Under the pieces are notes generated by a model that did not search any database, was not told the DNA's origin, and saw only the letters and a program-made list of their open reading frames with translations. Shown one piece after another: positions 19,105 to 27,744 of a stretch of 37,036 bases of DNA. The translations under genes were made by a program, and so were the position numbers. Source of the stretch: Planctomyces sp. (GTDB lineage Bacteria; Planctomycetota; Planctomycetia; Planctomycetales; Planctomycetaceae). Within the stretch, counting starts at the first letter, position 1, and each line of letters starts with the position of its first letter. The stretch lies in contig SYLK01000433.1 of assembly GCA_005809115.1 (NCBI GenBank), forward strand, positions 1 to 37,036, written 5' to 3'.

Positions 19105-19635
19105 TCAGAGGTTGTGCAGCCGGCGAGCCGGGTTCCCGCAGTAAGTTCCCGGTAATGTGACGTCTTTTGTCACAACACTGCCCGCACCGATCACAACGTC
19201 GTCACAGATCGTGACCGGCAGGATCGTGGCGTTCGTTCCGATCGAAACACGATGGCCGATCCGGGTGGACTTCCACTTCGTCTGATCTCCGCGAGCCGGC
19301 CCACCATCGGCGAACAGGTCGTTGATGAACATGGCTCCATGACTGATGAAACAGTCATCACCGATCGTCACCAGCTCACAGATGAACGCATGTGACTGGA
19401 TGCGGCAGCGGGCGCCAATCGTGACTCGCTTCTGGATTTCGACAAACGGACCGACAAAGCAGTGATCACCGATCCGGCATTCGTAGAGATTGCATGGCTC
19501 AACCACCGTCACGTTGTGACCGAATTCAACGTCTCGAATCGAGACCCTGAGGATGCGGGGTTCCATCGGCCTGGGGATTCTTTCGATGAGGAACAGCGGA
19601 CGTGGTACACCGTCAGGAAGCAAATGTGACGTCAT
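19105..19635 (-). CDS. Left-handed beta-helix sugar N-acetyltransferase (WbpD/WlbB-like)
   Basis: Hexapeptide-repeat region NLYECRIGDHCFVGPFVEIQKRVTIGARCRIQSHAFICELVTIGDDCFISHGAMFIND...GAGSVVTKDV...GNPARRL. An alternative start is the ATG at 19566 (MEPRILRV). Confidence 0.75.
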   Translation of the reverse strand: MTSHLLPDGVPRPLFLIERIPRPMEPRILRVSIRDVEFGHNVTVVEPCNLYECRIGDHCFVGPFVEIQKRVTIGARCRIQSHAFICELVTIGDDCFISHGAMFINDLFADGGPARGDQTKWKSTRIGHRVSIGTNATILPVTICDDVVIGAGSVVTKDVTLPGTYCGNPARRLHNL

Positions 19636-19829
19636 CCTGAGTCATTCGTGCCGGTTCAACGGACGCATTGACTGCCCGGGCTCCGGACACAGCAGGATCC
19701 TGTGTCTGTCTCCTGAAGTCAGCAATCGCGATCAGCCTGATCCCGGACGGCTGCCTGTCGCGTGGAAGTCGGCATCCTGTCCCTGCCTGACGGTCCCGGA
19801 TTGGCATCGGCGACGCGCTTCGATTCCTG

Positions 19830-20900
19830 TCAGACGCTCCTGGCGATCAGCGTATCGAGTCGAGATCTGGAGGGTACGGGATTCCAGCGAATACTTTCGT
19901 AAATTTTTTCGATGATCTCGACCGTCTTCAGGCCTTCGTAACCATTCGTGGCGATCACTCCCCCGTGCTGCAGCACATCCACCAGGTTTCCATAAACCTC
20001 GTCATGGTTCGACATGGATCCCACATAGTGTCCGTACTGATTCGCCGGTTTTCCCGGAGCCAGTCCGCTGATTTCAAAGTCCTGAATCTGCTGGTATTCC
20101 AGCTCATTCAGATACTGACCACCAATCTTCACGGTTCCCTTCTCTGCAAAAATCGTCAGCGACCCTTCCATGTTCCTCTGGTAACTGTTGATTGTGAAGT
20201 GGATCGATCCCAGAGCCCCGCTGCGGAATCGCAGCGCGACAACCCCGCAGTCTTCGAAGTCCACGGTGTCCTGGTGGCAGAAGTTGTCGGCAAAGGCCTG
20301 TGCTGAGACGACATCGCCGGCCATCCAGTACAGCAGATCGATAAAATGGCTGAACTGTGTATAAAGGCAGCCGCCATCGAGTTCCGACGTCCCCTTCCAG
20401 GGATCATTCAGGTAATACTCTGCACGACGATTCCAGAAACAGTTCAGCTGCACACTGAAGATCCGCCCCAGTCGCCCTTCGTCAATCACCTTCTTCACGG
20501 CGGCGACCGGCGGATTGAAGCGATTCTGCTTGACGACGAACAGCCGCCGATTCGCTCGTTCGGCGGCCTGAATCATGGCCCCGCAGTCATCAGCGGTCAG
20601 CGCCATCGGCTTTTCGCAAAGCACATGACATCCGGCCTGCAGAGCTGCAATTGAATGCTCGGCGTGCAGGCCATTCGGACTGCAGACGCTGACGACGTCG
20701 ATATCGCCGGCTGCGGTCAGCATCTCTGCCAGACTGGCATACGCGCAGGCCCCGTGTGGTGCCGCCATTTTCTCGGCTCGGTCCAGCACCGGGTCGCAGG
20801 TGGCCACGAGCCGTCCGAATCTGCCGACGTGTTCCGCGTGCCGGTTCGCAATGCGGCCGCAGCCCACGATGGCGAAACGCAGTGATGGTGAATCTGTCAT
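19830..20900 (-). CDS. Gfo/Idh/MocA family oxidoreductase (WbpB/WlbA-like sugar 3-dehydrogenase)
   Basis: Rossmann N-terminus LRFAIVGCGRIANRHAEH. It is adjacent to the aminotransferase and N-acetyltransferase genes. Confidence 0.85.
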   Translation of the reverse strand: MTDSPSLRFAIVGCGRIANRHAEHVGRFGRLVATCDPVLDRAEKMAAPHGACAYASLAEMLTAAGDIDVVSVCSPNGLHAEHSIAALQAGCHVLCEKPMALTADDCGAMIQAAERANRRLFVVKQNRFNPPVAAVKKVIDEGRLGRIFSVQLNCFWNRRAEYYLNDPWKGTSELDGGCLYTQFSHFIDLLYWMAGDVVSAQAFADNFCHQDTVDFEDCGVVALRFRSGALGSIHFTINSYQRNMEGSLTIFAEKGTVKIGGQYLNELEYQQIQDFEISGLAPGKPANQYGHYVGSMSNHDEVYGNLVDVLQHGGVIATNGYEGLKTVEIIEKIYESIRWNPVPSRSRLDTLIARSV

Positions 20901-20916
20901 GTGTCGGAAAAACCTG

Positions 20917-21435
20917 TCAATAGACCCGAAAAAACTCGCTGACTGGCACCTGCCAGTCAGCGACTACGTCCCCCGCATCCGGCAGATCGGATTCCTCAAG
21001 AAGTGGCAGATACCTGGATTCATCTCCGACGCTGTCGAACCGGGCACGGCTCACGAAGGCCACATCCGCCGCCAGCACCGTGTCAGGTGCCTGGGCAATC
21101 AGAAATCCGGTTTCCGCAGCAAATACCACGCCCAGATGCCGTCGCTCCAGATGGCTGCTCAGATGCCAGGCAATCCGGCTGGCCACGCGTCCATGACGAC
21201 CACCCGCCGGGGACGTCTCCCTCAAACTCCCTGCAATCAGCTCATACCGACTGGAACCCGATTCGCGACGAAACAGCTCGTCCGCTGTGATGCATCGCCG
21301 ATGAGCAATCTCGGGCGCTGTCATGACGGTCCTGGAGGCCCTGAAAAACCGGGCATGTCCCGACGTGAAATTCCGATCCCGTCCGTGCCACAATTCCCGC
21401 AGGACGCCGATGCCGTAAGTGTACTCATCAAACAC
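20917..21435 (-). CDS. Uma2 (DUF820) family putative endonuclease, apparently internally deleted
   Basis: Family N-terminal core RYELIAGSLRETSPAGGRHGRVASRIAWHLSSHL...GVVFAAETGFLI...PDTVLAADVAFVS. The tail DWQVPVSEFF is also family-like. The expected central (D/E)xK segment seems to be missing. The gaps to the flanking genes are 16 nt and 9 nt. Confidence 0.65.
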   Translation of the reverse strand: MFDEYTYGIGVLRELWHGRDRNFTSGHARFFRASRTVMTAPEIAHRRCITADELFRRESGSSRYELIAGSLRETSPAGGRHGRVASRIAWHLSSHLERRHLGVVFAAETGFLIAQAPDTVLAADVAFVSRARFDSVGDESRYLPLLEESDLPDAGDVVADWQVPVSEFFRVY

Positions 21436-21444
21436 TCGCCGCGG

Positions 21445-22233
21445 CTACTGCCTTTTTCGACAGACCTGAAAGAACTGCTCACGCAGTACGGATTCTGACG
21501 GAAAATTTACCAGCACCGCTCGGTGAACCCCGTGAAATACGAACATGCTGCCGGCCGATACCGCTGCTGCCCCGCCGTCACGGACAGCCCGAAGAAAGTC
21601 GTCGACTTTTCCGGCACCCCCGGAGGCAATCACCGGGACAGGTACTGCCGATGTCACCCTGCTGAGCAGTTCGATGTCGTATCCCAGATACGTTCCATCA
21701 CGGTCGATGGAGTTCAGCAGAATTTCTCCGGCACCCTGTTGCACGGCTGCGACCGCCGCCACAGTGGGATCAGGCTTCTGGCGGACTGTGCCACTATGTG
21801 ATCGAGTCTGGTAGCGTCCGAACCAACCCTTCCGCGCGTCAATCGAAACCACAATGCTCTGCGACCCGAACTGATCGGCTGCCGCCCGGATCAGTTCCGG
21901 CTGGCGAAACACACTGGAATTCAGAATGACTTTCTCAACACCCGACAGCAGAATGCGACGGATCTGGGCTACCGACGTGATTCCCCCACCGTACGCCATC
22001 GGCATGAAACACTCCCCGGCAATCTCCGCGATCTTTTCAAACTTCGGCTCAGAGCCGTGCCGCGACGCACCAATGTCGAGGATCGCGATTTCGTCGACTT
22101 CCTTCTCGTTGAAGATCTTGACCGTGTTAATCGGATCCCCGACATACACGGGCTTCTGAAAGCGCGCGGTCTTGACCAGACCATCCCCGCTCAGCAGCAG
22201 ACTGGGAATGACTCGGATGCGTTCCATAGGCAT
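21445..22233 (-). CDS. hisF: HisF-like cyclase subunit (HisF2/WbuZ type, acetamidino-sugar modification)
   Basis: RVIPSLLLSGDGLVKTARFQKPVYVGDPINTVKIFNEKEVDEIAILDI and IASGGAGKVDDF, which indicate the HisF TIM barrel. Its position in a glycan cluster with HisH-like and WbpG-like genes marks it as the polysaccharide paralog rather than the histidine-pathway gene. Confidence 0.88.
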   Translation of the reverse strand: MPMERIRVIPSLLLSGDGLVKTARFQKPVYVGDPINTVKIFNEKEVDEIAILDIGASRHGSEPKFEKIAEIAGECFMPMAYGGGITSVAQIRRILLSGVEKVILNSSVFRQPELIRAAADQFGSQSIVVSIDARKGWFGRYQTRSHSGTVRQKPDPTVAAVAAVQQGAGEILLNSIDRDGTYLGYDIELLSRVTSAVPVPVIASGGAGKVDDFLRAVRDGGAAAVSAGSMFVFHGVHRAVLVNFPSESVLREQFFQVCRKRQ

Positions 22234-22507
22234 CTGTAAGACTGTTTCTCACGGTCTGGCAGAACAGCCGGGATCCGTCGTGTGCGTTCCCAGGTTCGGA
22301 GGCATACCGGAGGTCATGCTTCAGATTCTGTTGCGTCGGGCTGCCAGACAGCAGGCGAAAGCTGTCGGGGTGCGGCCCCCATCCCTGACAACCGATGGGC
22401 GTCACGGCGTCAGTCAGTGTTTTTCTGGCTGCAGGATCCTGGCGCGTCGGCCTCCATGCGCGTCCGCTCTGGTGCGGAGGCACCGCTGGCTGGCCAGTGC
22501 CCGCTGA

Positions 22508-23137
22508 TTACCGGACTGTCTTCGACAGTCTCGCAAAATTTTCCAGCAGCTTCATCCCGAATCGATGACTCTTCTCCGGATGAAACTGCACCCCCCGGAT
22601 GTTTCCGCGCTGTACACCCACTGTAATCTGATATCCGTGATGAGAACTGATGATGATGTCTTCCGGGCAGGTGCACTGCAGATGGTAGGAATGGACATGG
22701 TAAAATCGGGATTCCGCCGGCAGCCCGTCGCAGAGAGGATCAGGGCGAACCACCGATATATCACGCCACCCCATGTTCGGTATCTTGTCCTCGGGTCTCA
22801 GTCGGGAGCGATCAAAGGCTGTCGTCCGCCCCGGAATCCATCCCAGTCCGGGCAACCTTCCTTCGTCGCTGCCCTCGGTCATCAGTTGCACGCCCAGGCA
22901 GATGCCGAGGATCGGGACGTGCCGCCGCAGCACGTACTCGTTCAGGAATTCCCATAACCCGGTCGCCCGCAGGTTTGCAATGCCGGTGTCAAATGAACCG
23001 ACACCCGGAAGAATCAAACTCGTGGCGCTCCCGAGCTGATTTCGATCGCCGGTAATCACCGACTCGAAACCCAGCCGCTTCAGCATGCTGCCGATCGAGG
23101 CCAGATTGCCGACGCCGTAGTCCACGACACCGATCAA
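22508..23137 (-). CDS. hisH: HisH-like glutamine amidotransferase subunit (HisH2/WbuY type)
   Basis: MIGVVDYGVGNLASI, the catalytic GICLGVQLM, and FHPEKS. The start is TTG at 23137, in a TTGA overlap with the upstream stop codon. Confidence 0.88.
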   Translation of the reverse strand: MIGVVDYGVGNLASIGSMLKRLGFESVITGDRNQLGSATSLILPGVGSFDTGIANLRATGLWEFLNEYVLRRHVPILGICLGVQLMTEGSDEGRLPGLGWIPGRTTAFDRSRLRPEDKIPNMGWRDISVVRPDPLCDGLPAESRFYHVHSYHLQCTCPEDIIISSHHGYQITVGVQRGNIRGVQFHPEKSHRFGMKLLENFARLSKTVR

Positions 23138-24318
23138 GACCGTGCCCCCAGGAGCCGCTTCACCAGCCGCACCGGCAGTCTGAGAGGACTGAGCACCGGG
23201 TAGGTTTCGAACAGCCCTCGTTCGGTTTCAAATTCCTCGTGCCGGCGCGGAGCCAGGCGCATCAGCTCCTCGAACTCATCGTGAGAAATTCCCAGTTTCT
23301 TGAGCACGAACTCCCGATCAATTTTCAGCTGATCCGGATCATAGACCGGCTTCTGCAGTTCGGTCAGTGCTTCATCACGCGTGATCTGGCCCGAGAATAT
23401 CAGATCGGACAGATGCGCCATGCGTTTGTCGATGCCGAACTTTGTCGGCAGAATGTACCCCTGATAAAATCGCGTGAAAATCGACTCGTAGTGTTTACCG
23501 CCGTAGTCGCGCCAGCCCAGATCATCCATGATCTGCTGCTTGACGCGAGCTTTATTGTACGGCACATAGTTCAGAATCGAGGTCTGTGTGACCCTGCCGA
23601 ACATCTGATACAGTTTCTTTACCTTCCAGTCCATCAGCGGATAGGTCTTCATCGGCTTCTTACCAAAAAGGCGATGAATGGCCTGAATATGGACATGGTC
23701 CGTTTTGTGCCAGATCCAGTGTGGCGGCAGTGTGCATTCGGTGACCACGTTCGTTCCGCTCAGAATATGCCTGACGCCATGCCTTGCGGCCTGCTTGTAC
23801 AGAGTCGCGAAAATCGCATGGTCGCTGACCAGTTCGATATCAACCACCGAGGCGCGGATAAACGCCAGCTGGATATCGCGAAACTCCTCCCAGTCAATCA
23901 CGTACGTGAAGAGATCGATGTCGAGTCGGCTGACGATGTTTTCAATATTCTTGACGGCCAGTTCGGAATTCCAGCCATTATCGCAGTGGACTGCCAGCGC
24001 CCGCAGTCCCAGTTCCTTCGCCAGAAGAGCCACGTAAGTGCTGTCGACGCCGCCGCTGACCCCGATCACAACATCATACGGCCGCCCCCGCCCGTCGCGG
24101 CGAATGCGGTCTACCAGTGCGTCAAGCGCTGCCTGCCGTTCGGCAGGATGCTGGACGTGCTGCGCCACGGCTCGGACATACTGCTGGTAATAATTGCACA
24201 CACCGTTGTCGTCGAACGTCATCTGCGGATCGTCACGCGTGTCCAGGACGGACATCGCACATCGGCGGTACGTCGTCCCCGCCTGCAATCCTGCATCACA
24301 GACTGTCGCCACCGTCAT
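23134..24318 (-). CDS. N-acetyl sugar amidotransferase (WbpG/WbuX/PseA-like, PP-loop ATPase)
   Basis: PP-loop GVSGGVDSTYVALLAKELGLRALAVHCDNGWNSELAVKNIENI. The likely start is the ATG at 24318 (MTVATV...), which forms an ATGA overlap with the upstream stop codon. The listed start at 24420 would overlap that gene by about 100 nt. Confidence 0.85.
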   Translation of the reverse strand: MTVATVCDAGLQAGTTYRRCAMSVLDTRDDPQMTFDDNGVCNYYQQYVRAVAQHVQHPAERQAALDALVDRIRRDGRGRPYDVVIGVSGGVDSTYVALLAKELGLRALAVHCDNGWNSELAVKNIENIVSRLDIDLFTYVIDWEEFRDIQLAFIRASVVDIELVSDHAIFATLYKQAARHGVRHILSGTNVVTECTLPPHWIWHKTDHVHIQAIHRLFGKKPMKTYPLMDWKVKKLYQMFGRVTQTSILNYVPYNKARVKQQIMDDLGWRDYGGKHYESIFTRFYQGYILPTKFGIDKRMAHLSDLIFSGQITRDEALTELQKPVYDPDQLKIDREFVLKKLGISHDEFEELMRLAPRRHEEFETERGLFETYPVLSPLRLPVRLVKRLLGARS

Positions 24319-24974
24319 TTTCCGCTTTCTGTCAGCCGATCTGCTCCGCCCTGCCGGCGAAGGTATTCGGCCTCGGTCAGATAACCTATGAATCTTCGGC
24401 GGACCGAGTGACGCACACACTGATCCGGATTCAGCGTTCGGAGTGTCTTCGCGGGATTTCCGCCAATCACCTGAAATCCCTGGGGAAAACTCCGTGTCAC
24501 CACGGCTCCGGCCCCGACGATCGTAAAATCACCGAGTTCCACACCGGGAAGGATCACCGCGTTCATTCCAATCCAGCAATACGCGCCGATTGTGACACTT
24601 CCACTGCAACGCTCGCGCAGGTCACAGGGATCGTGGTTGGCACTGATGATTCCCGCGTTCGGACCAATCTGCGTGAAATCGCCAATCGTGATTCCCCCGT
24701 ATCCCTGAATATAACATCCCTTCATCAGACCCGGGCAGACGTCGACACCGATCCGGATCTTCTCCGCGTCGTAGACCTGACTGTACTCGCTGACCGGCCA
24801 GTAAGCATCACGGTTGCCTCCCCGACCCAGAACCTTCTGCCGGAACCAGATGCCCAGATTGATCCGATTCTGATAATCGTCGGTTTCCCGAATGAATTGA
24901 AAGAACGGCAGACGAGTCAGCAGAATCTCAGGAATCCGCCACGGCCTGCGCAGCAGGAACTTCATGTTCGGCAT
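24315..24974 (-). CDS. Left-handed beta-helix O-acetyltransferase (paralog A)
   Basis: [49 protein letters not shown] lies 11 nt upstream of the ATG at 24974, whereas the listed start at 25016 overlaps the GT2 gene. It is a paralog of 31503-32261. Confidence 0.8.
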   Translation of the reverse strand: [219 protein letters not shown]

Positions 24975-24982
24975 CCGTTCGG

Positions 24983-25894
24983 CTACCTCCCGATCAGTTT
25001 TCGGAATGGGTAACACGCCAGATCATACACCAGCGCGACCAGATCGGAGGGCTCCAGACCGGCAGCGGCCGCCACGCTCTTCGCGACAGCCAGCCTGCCC
25101 GACATCAGATATCTGAGTACCCTGCGGCGACAGGCCTTTCGCTGCTGCCGCATGATTCGACCCCGATCTTCTGAGTTCAGCGGACATCGTGCGGATCGCA
25201 GCTGCGTCCAGGTGATCTCTTCATATTGCCCCAGATACTTCTCAAAGCTCGCCACTTCCTGATCACCATGTTCACGGTACCAGACAATGCCGTCCGGCAT
25301 CAGCAGGACCGGGAAGGACTCGGACAACCGCAGCCACATTTCATAGTCACTCGACATGCGACGGGCCGGAAAACCGCCCACCGCATCGAAAGCAGTGCGC
25401 GTGATCATCGCAGACAACGGCGCCTTGTGGAACAGGGGAAATCCCGTAAAGTGCCAGCGATAGGCTTCTTCCGGTGACAGGACGATCGGGAACGGTCGCG
25501 ACACATGCTGCTGCAGGGAGCACAGACCATACCCGGCCTGCGGATGTGCTTCCATCATTTCAACCAGCACCTGCAGACCGGTTGGATAGATGAAGTCGTC
25601 AGCATCCACGTACTTGAGGTACTTCCCGCGGGCCAGTGAAGCGGCTTTGTTGCGATTGGGATAGTCACCCAGATTCACATCATTGCGATGCAGGCGAACT
25701 CTCGAGTCCCTGCGGGCGTAGTCCAGGGCAATCTCACACGACCGGTCCTTCGAGCAGTCGTCAACGATGAGATACTCGAAATTCTGAAAAGACTGCGCCA
25801 GCACGCTTTCAATCGCTTCCGCCAGGTAGGCTTCGCGGTTGTAGCACGTCGTCAGAACACTGACCAGCGGGATTTCCAACGGCATCTCGACCAC
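24983..25894 (-). CDS. Glycosyltransferase family 2
   Basis: VSVLTTCYNREAYLAEAIESVLAQSFQNFEYLIVDDCSKDRS and the YVDADD (DxD) motif. Confidence 0.85.
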   Translation of the reverse strand: MVEMPLEIPLVSVLTTCYNREAYLAEAIESVLAQSFQNFEYLIVDDCSKDRSCEIALDYARRDSRVRLHRNDVNLGDYPNRNKAASLARGKYLKYVDADDFIYPTGLQVLVEMMEAHPQAGYGLCSLQQHVSRPFPIVLSPEEAYRWHFTGFPLFHKAPLSAMITRTAFDAVGGFPARRMSSDYEMWLRLSESFPVLLMPDGIVWYREHGDQEVASFEKYLGQYEEITWTQLRSARCPLNSEDRGRIMRQQRKACRRRVLRYLMSGRLAVAKSVAAAAGLEPSDLVALVYDLACYPFRKLIGR

Positions 25895-25924
25895 TCTCGA
25901 AGCAACACGGCCACGGAGGTTTTG

Positions 25925-26899
25925 TCAGGGGTTCTGACGCAAAGACTGCAGTCGGAACGGCTTACCCACAGAGCGATCGTGCAGCCGCTTCACTTCTTCA
26001 TCACCGGACTGCAGGGCCTGAAGAAAGTCGTCGATCGCCCGCCGCATGGCCTTCTGGTTTGCCAGATTAAAGCACCACCAGTGCCACCGCCTGCCGATGC
26101 TCAGCCCCGCCGGCCGCAGCAGCGAACGCACCAGCGAGAGTCTCGCGCGAAGTGTCTGCCTCGGAATCTCCGGTACCACACCAAACAGCCAGTTCCGCAG
26201 ACACAGCATCGTGACGACCCGTCTGTATGTGACCGCTTCGTCCTCCAGATGATAATGGAATACGCGGGCGGACGGATCATAGACCAGTGTATGGCCCGCC
26301 TTCAGCGCATCAATCGCCCACAGGGGATCTTCACCATAAGGAATCTCCCGAAACGGGATCTGATCCCGCAGTACCGAAGTGCGGTACATGGCAATCACGT
26401 CATCCCATGACGCCGCGTCCCTTTTCTGCCCGGGCGGCAGCGCTTCAAACTGCTCCGGCGTCTCAAACGAAAATCGCTTCGTGCGGGGCTCCGACCGAGG
26501 CCGAAACCACTCCGCAGGATTCTTGTCCGGCTCGTGGGGCACCACCTGGAGCCCGCAGACCCCGGCAACCCTGTCGCTGTCGAAGCCAGCCACCAGTCGT
26601 GCCAGCACGGATCGATCACACGCCCTGGCATCGCCCACTGTCATCAGCGTCAGCTCGCCCGTCACATGCCTCATTGCCCGATTACGAGTTGTCCCATGAT
26701 TGAACTCCGAACCAGGAATCTCGACCAGCCGGACCTTGTCATAGCCTCTGACAATCTCCAGCGTCCCGTCCGTGGAACCGGAGTCGATGACCACGATCTC
26801 TTCCACAGCGACTGACTGATTCAGCCAGCTGTCCAGGCACTCTGTGATGCCCTTCGCTTCGTTGCGGACGGGAATCACAATGGAAACGGTCGGATGCAT
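25925..26899 (-). CDS. Glycosyltransferase family 2
   Basis: VSIVIPVRNEAKGITECLDSWLNQSVAVEEIVVIDSGSTDGT. Confidence 0.85.
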   Translation of the reverse strand: MHPTVSIVIPVRNEAKGITECLDSWLNQSVAVEEIVVIDSGSTDGTLEIVRGYDKVRLVEIPGSEFNHGTTRNRAMRHVTGELTLMTVGDARACDRSVLARLVAGFDSDRVAGVCGLQVVPHEPDKNPAEWFRPRSEPRTKRFSFETPEQFEALPPGQKRDAASWDDVIAMYRTSVLRDQIPFREIPYGEDPLWAIDALKAGHTLVYDPSARVFHYHLEDEAVTYRRVVTMLCLRNWLFGVVPEIPRQTLRARLSLVRSLLRPAGLSIGRRWHWWCFNLANQKAMRRAIDDFLQALQSGDEEVKRLHDRSVGKPFRLQSLRQNP

Positions 26900-26946
26900 A
26901 ACGGGCAGCGGGCAATAAGCAGTGGGCAGTGAATCGGACCGGGATG

Positions 26947-27744
26947 TCAGATTCCGGATTCCGGGTTGTGGCCGGCGTGGAATTCCCTGAGCGCGGCGTT
27001 GAGTTCATCCGATGTGCCGATGTCAATGTAACGACCATCCGGCACGGGAAATCCTCGCACGTTCATCCCGTCGGCAAGAGCGGCGTTGAACACATCGCCC
27101 AGCACAGTTTCCCGGCCGCCAGCGTCATGCTGTGAAAGAAACGCATCCAGCAGGTTCGTGAATCGCACGGACCAGCAGCACGTACCCCACATATACTCCA
27201 GGGACGAGTTCTGCGGCTTGTCAACTGTGCTGACGACTCGACTGTCAGCATCGATCTCGACCATGCCAAACTTCTGCGGGCGATCGGTCGCAAAGAGTCC
27301 CAGGGACAGATCGGCACCAGACTGAAAGTGCTGCTCGACCAGTGTCTTCAGCGCGGTTACAGGCCGAATAATCGTGTCCGGCATGCCAAAGACAACGGTT
27401 GCGTCTCCAATCCAGGGACGTGCCAGATTTATCGCCGAAGGCATTCCGTCGAGTCGCTCCTGATAGAGGTAAGCAATCTCAAGGCCGAAACGACTGCCGT
27501 CGCCGTAATACTCGACCACGTCCTGTTTGCCCTGACCGACAATCAGCAGGATTCGCCGGACTCCTGCCTGTTTCATGTTTTCCAGAATGTACTGACTCAC
27601 CACCTTTGGCCGTTTCTCGGCCCTGCCCTTCACGATGTAGTCCTGAAAACCAATCGGAAACAACTCCTTGGCGCAGGGAAAAGGCGCCAGGCGCGTCCCT
27701 TTACCAGCAGCCGGAATAATTCCCACCGTGTCTGCATTCTTCAT
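26947..27744 (-). CDS. Sugar-1-phosphate nucleotidyltransferase (NTP-transferase family)
   Basis: N-terminal GIIPAAGKGTRLAPFPCAKELFPIG, the G-x-G-T-R-x-x-P...K-E-L motif of sugar nucleotidylyltransferases. An ATGA overlap (27741-27744) couples it to the upstream BNR protein gene. The sugar specificity is unknown. Confidence 0.8.
   Translation of the reverse strand: MKNADTVGIIPAAGKGTRLAPFPCAKELFPIGFQDYIVKGRAEKRPKVVSQYILENMKQAGVRRILLIVGQGKQDVVEYYGDGSRFGLEIAYLYQERLDGMPSAINLARPWIGDATVVFGMPDTIIRPVTALKTLVEQHFQSGADLSLGLFATDRPQKFGMVEIDADSRVVSTVDKPQNSSLEYMWGTCCWSVRFTNLLDAFLSQHDAGGRETVLGDVFNAALADGMNVRGFPVPDGRYIDIGTSDELNAALREFHAGHNPESGI

Noticed and set aside
19686-19706. A GACACAG...CTGTGTC hairpin around a GGATCC palindrome in the spacer between the oxidoreductase and N-acetyltransferase genes.
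   Set aside because: The stem is short (7 bp), there is no flanking T-run on either strand, and it lies inside an operon. This is not convincing as a terminator or operator.
23239-24384. Long + strand ORFs antisense to recognised minus-strand genes. They include the 381 aa ORF here, plus 18089-19054 (321 aa), 29585-30634 (349 aa), 24117-25013 (298 aa), 15840-16661 (273 aa) and 7699-8502 (267 aa).
   Set aside because: These are mirror-frame ORFs, expected in GC-rich DNA. Their translations are Arg/Pro/Ser/His-rich with no recognisable motifs. The opposite strand in every case encodes a full-length protein with clear family signatures.
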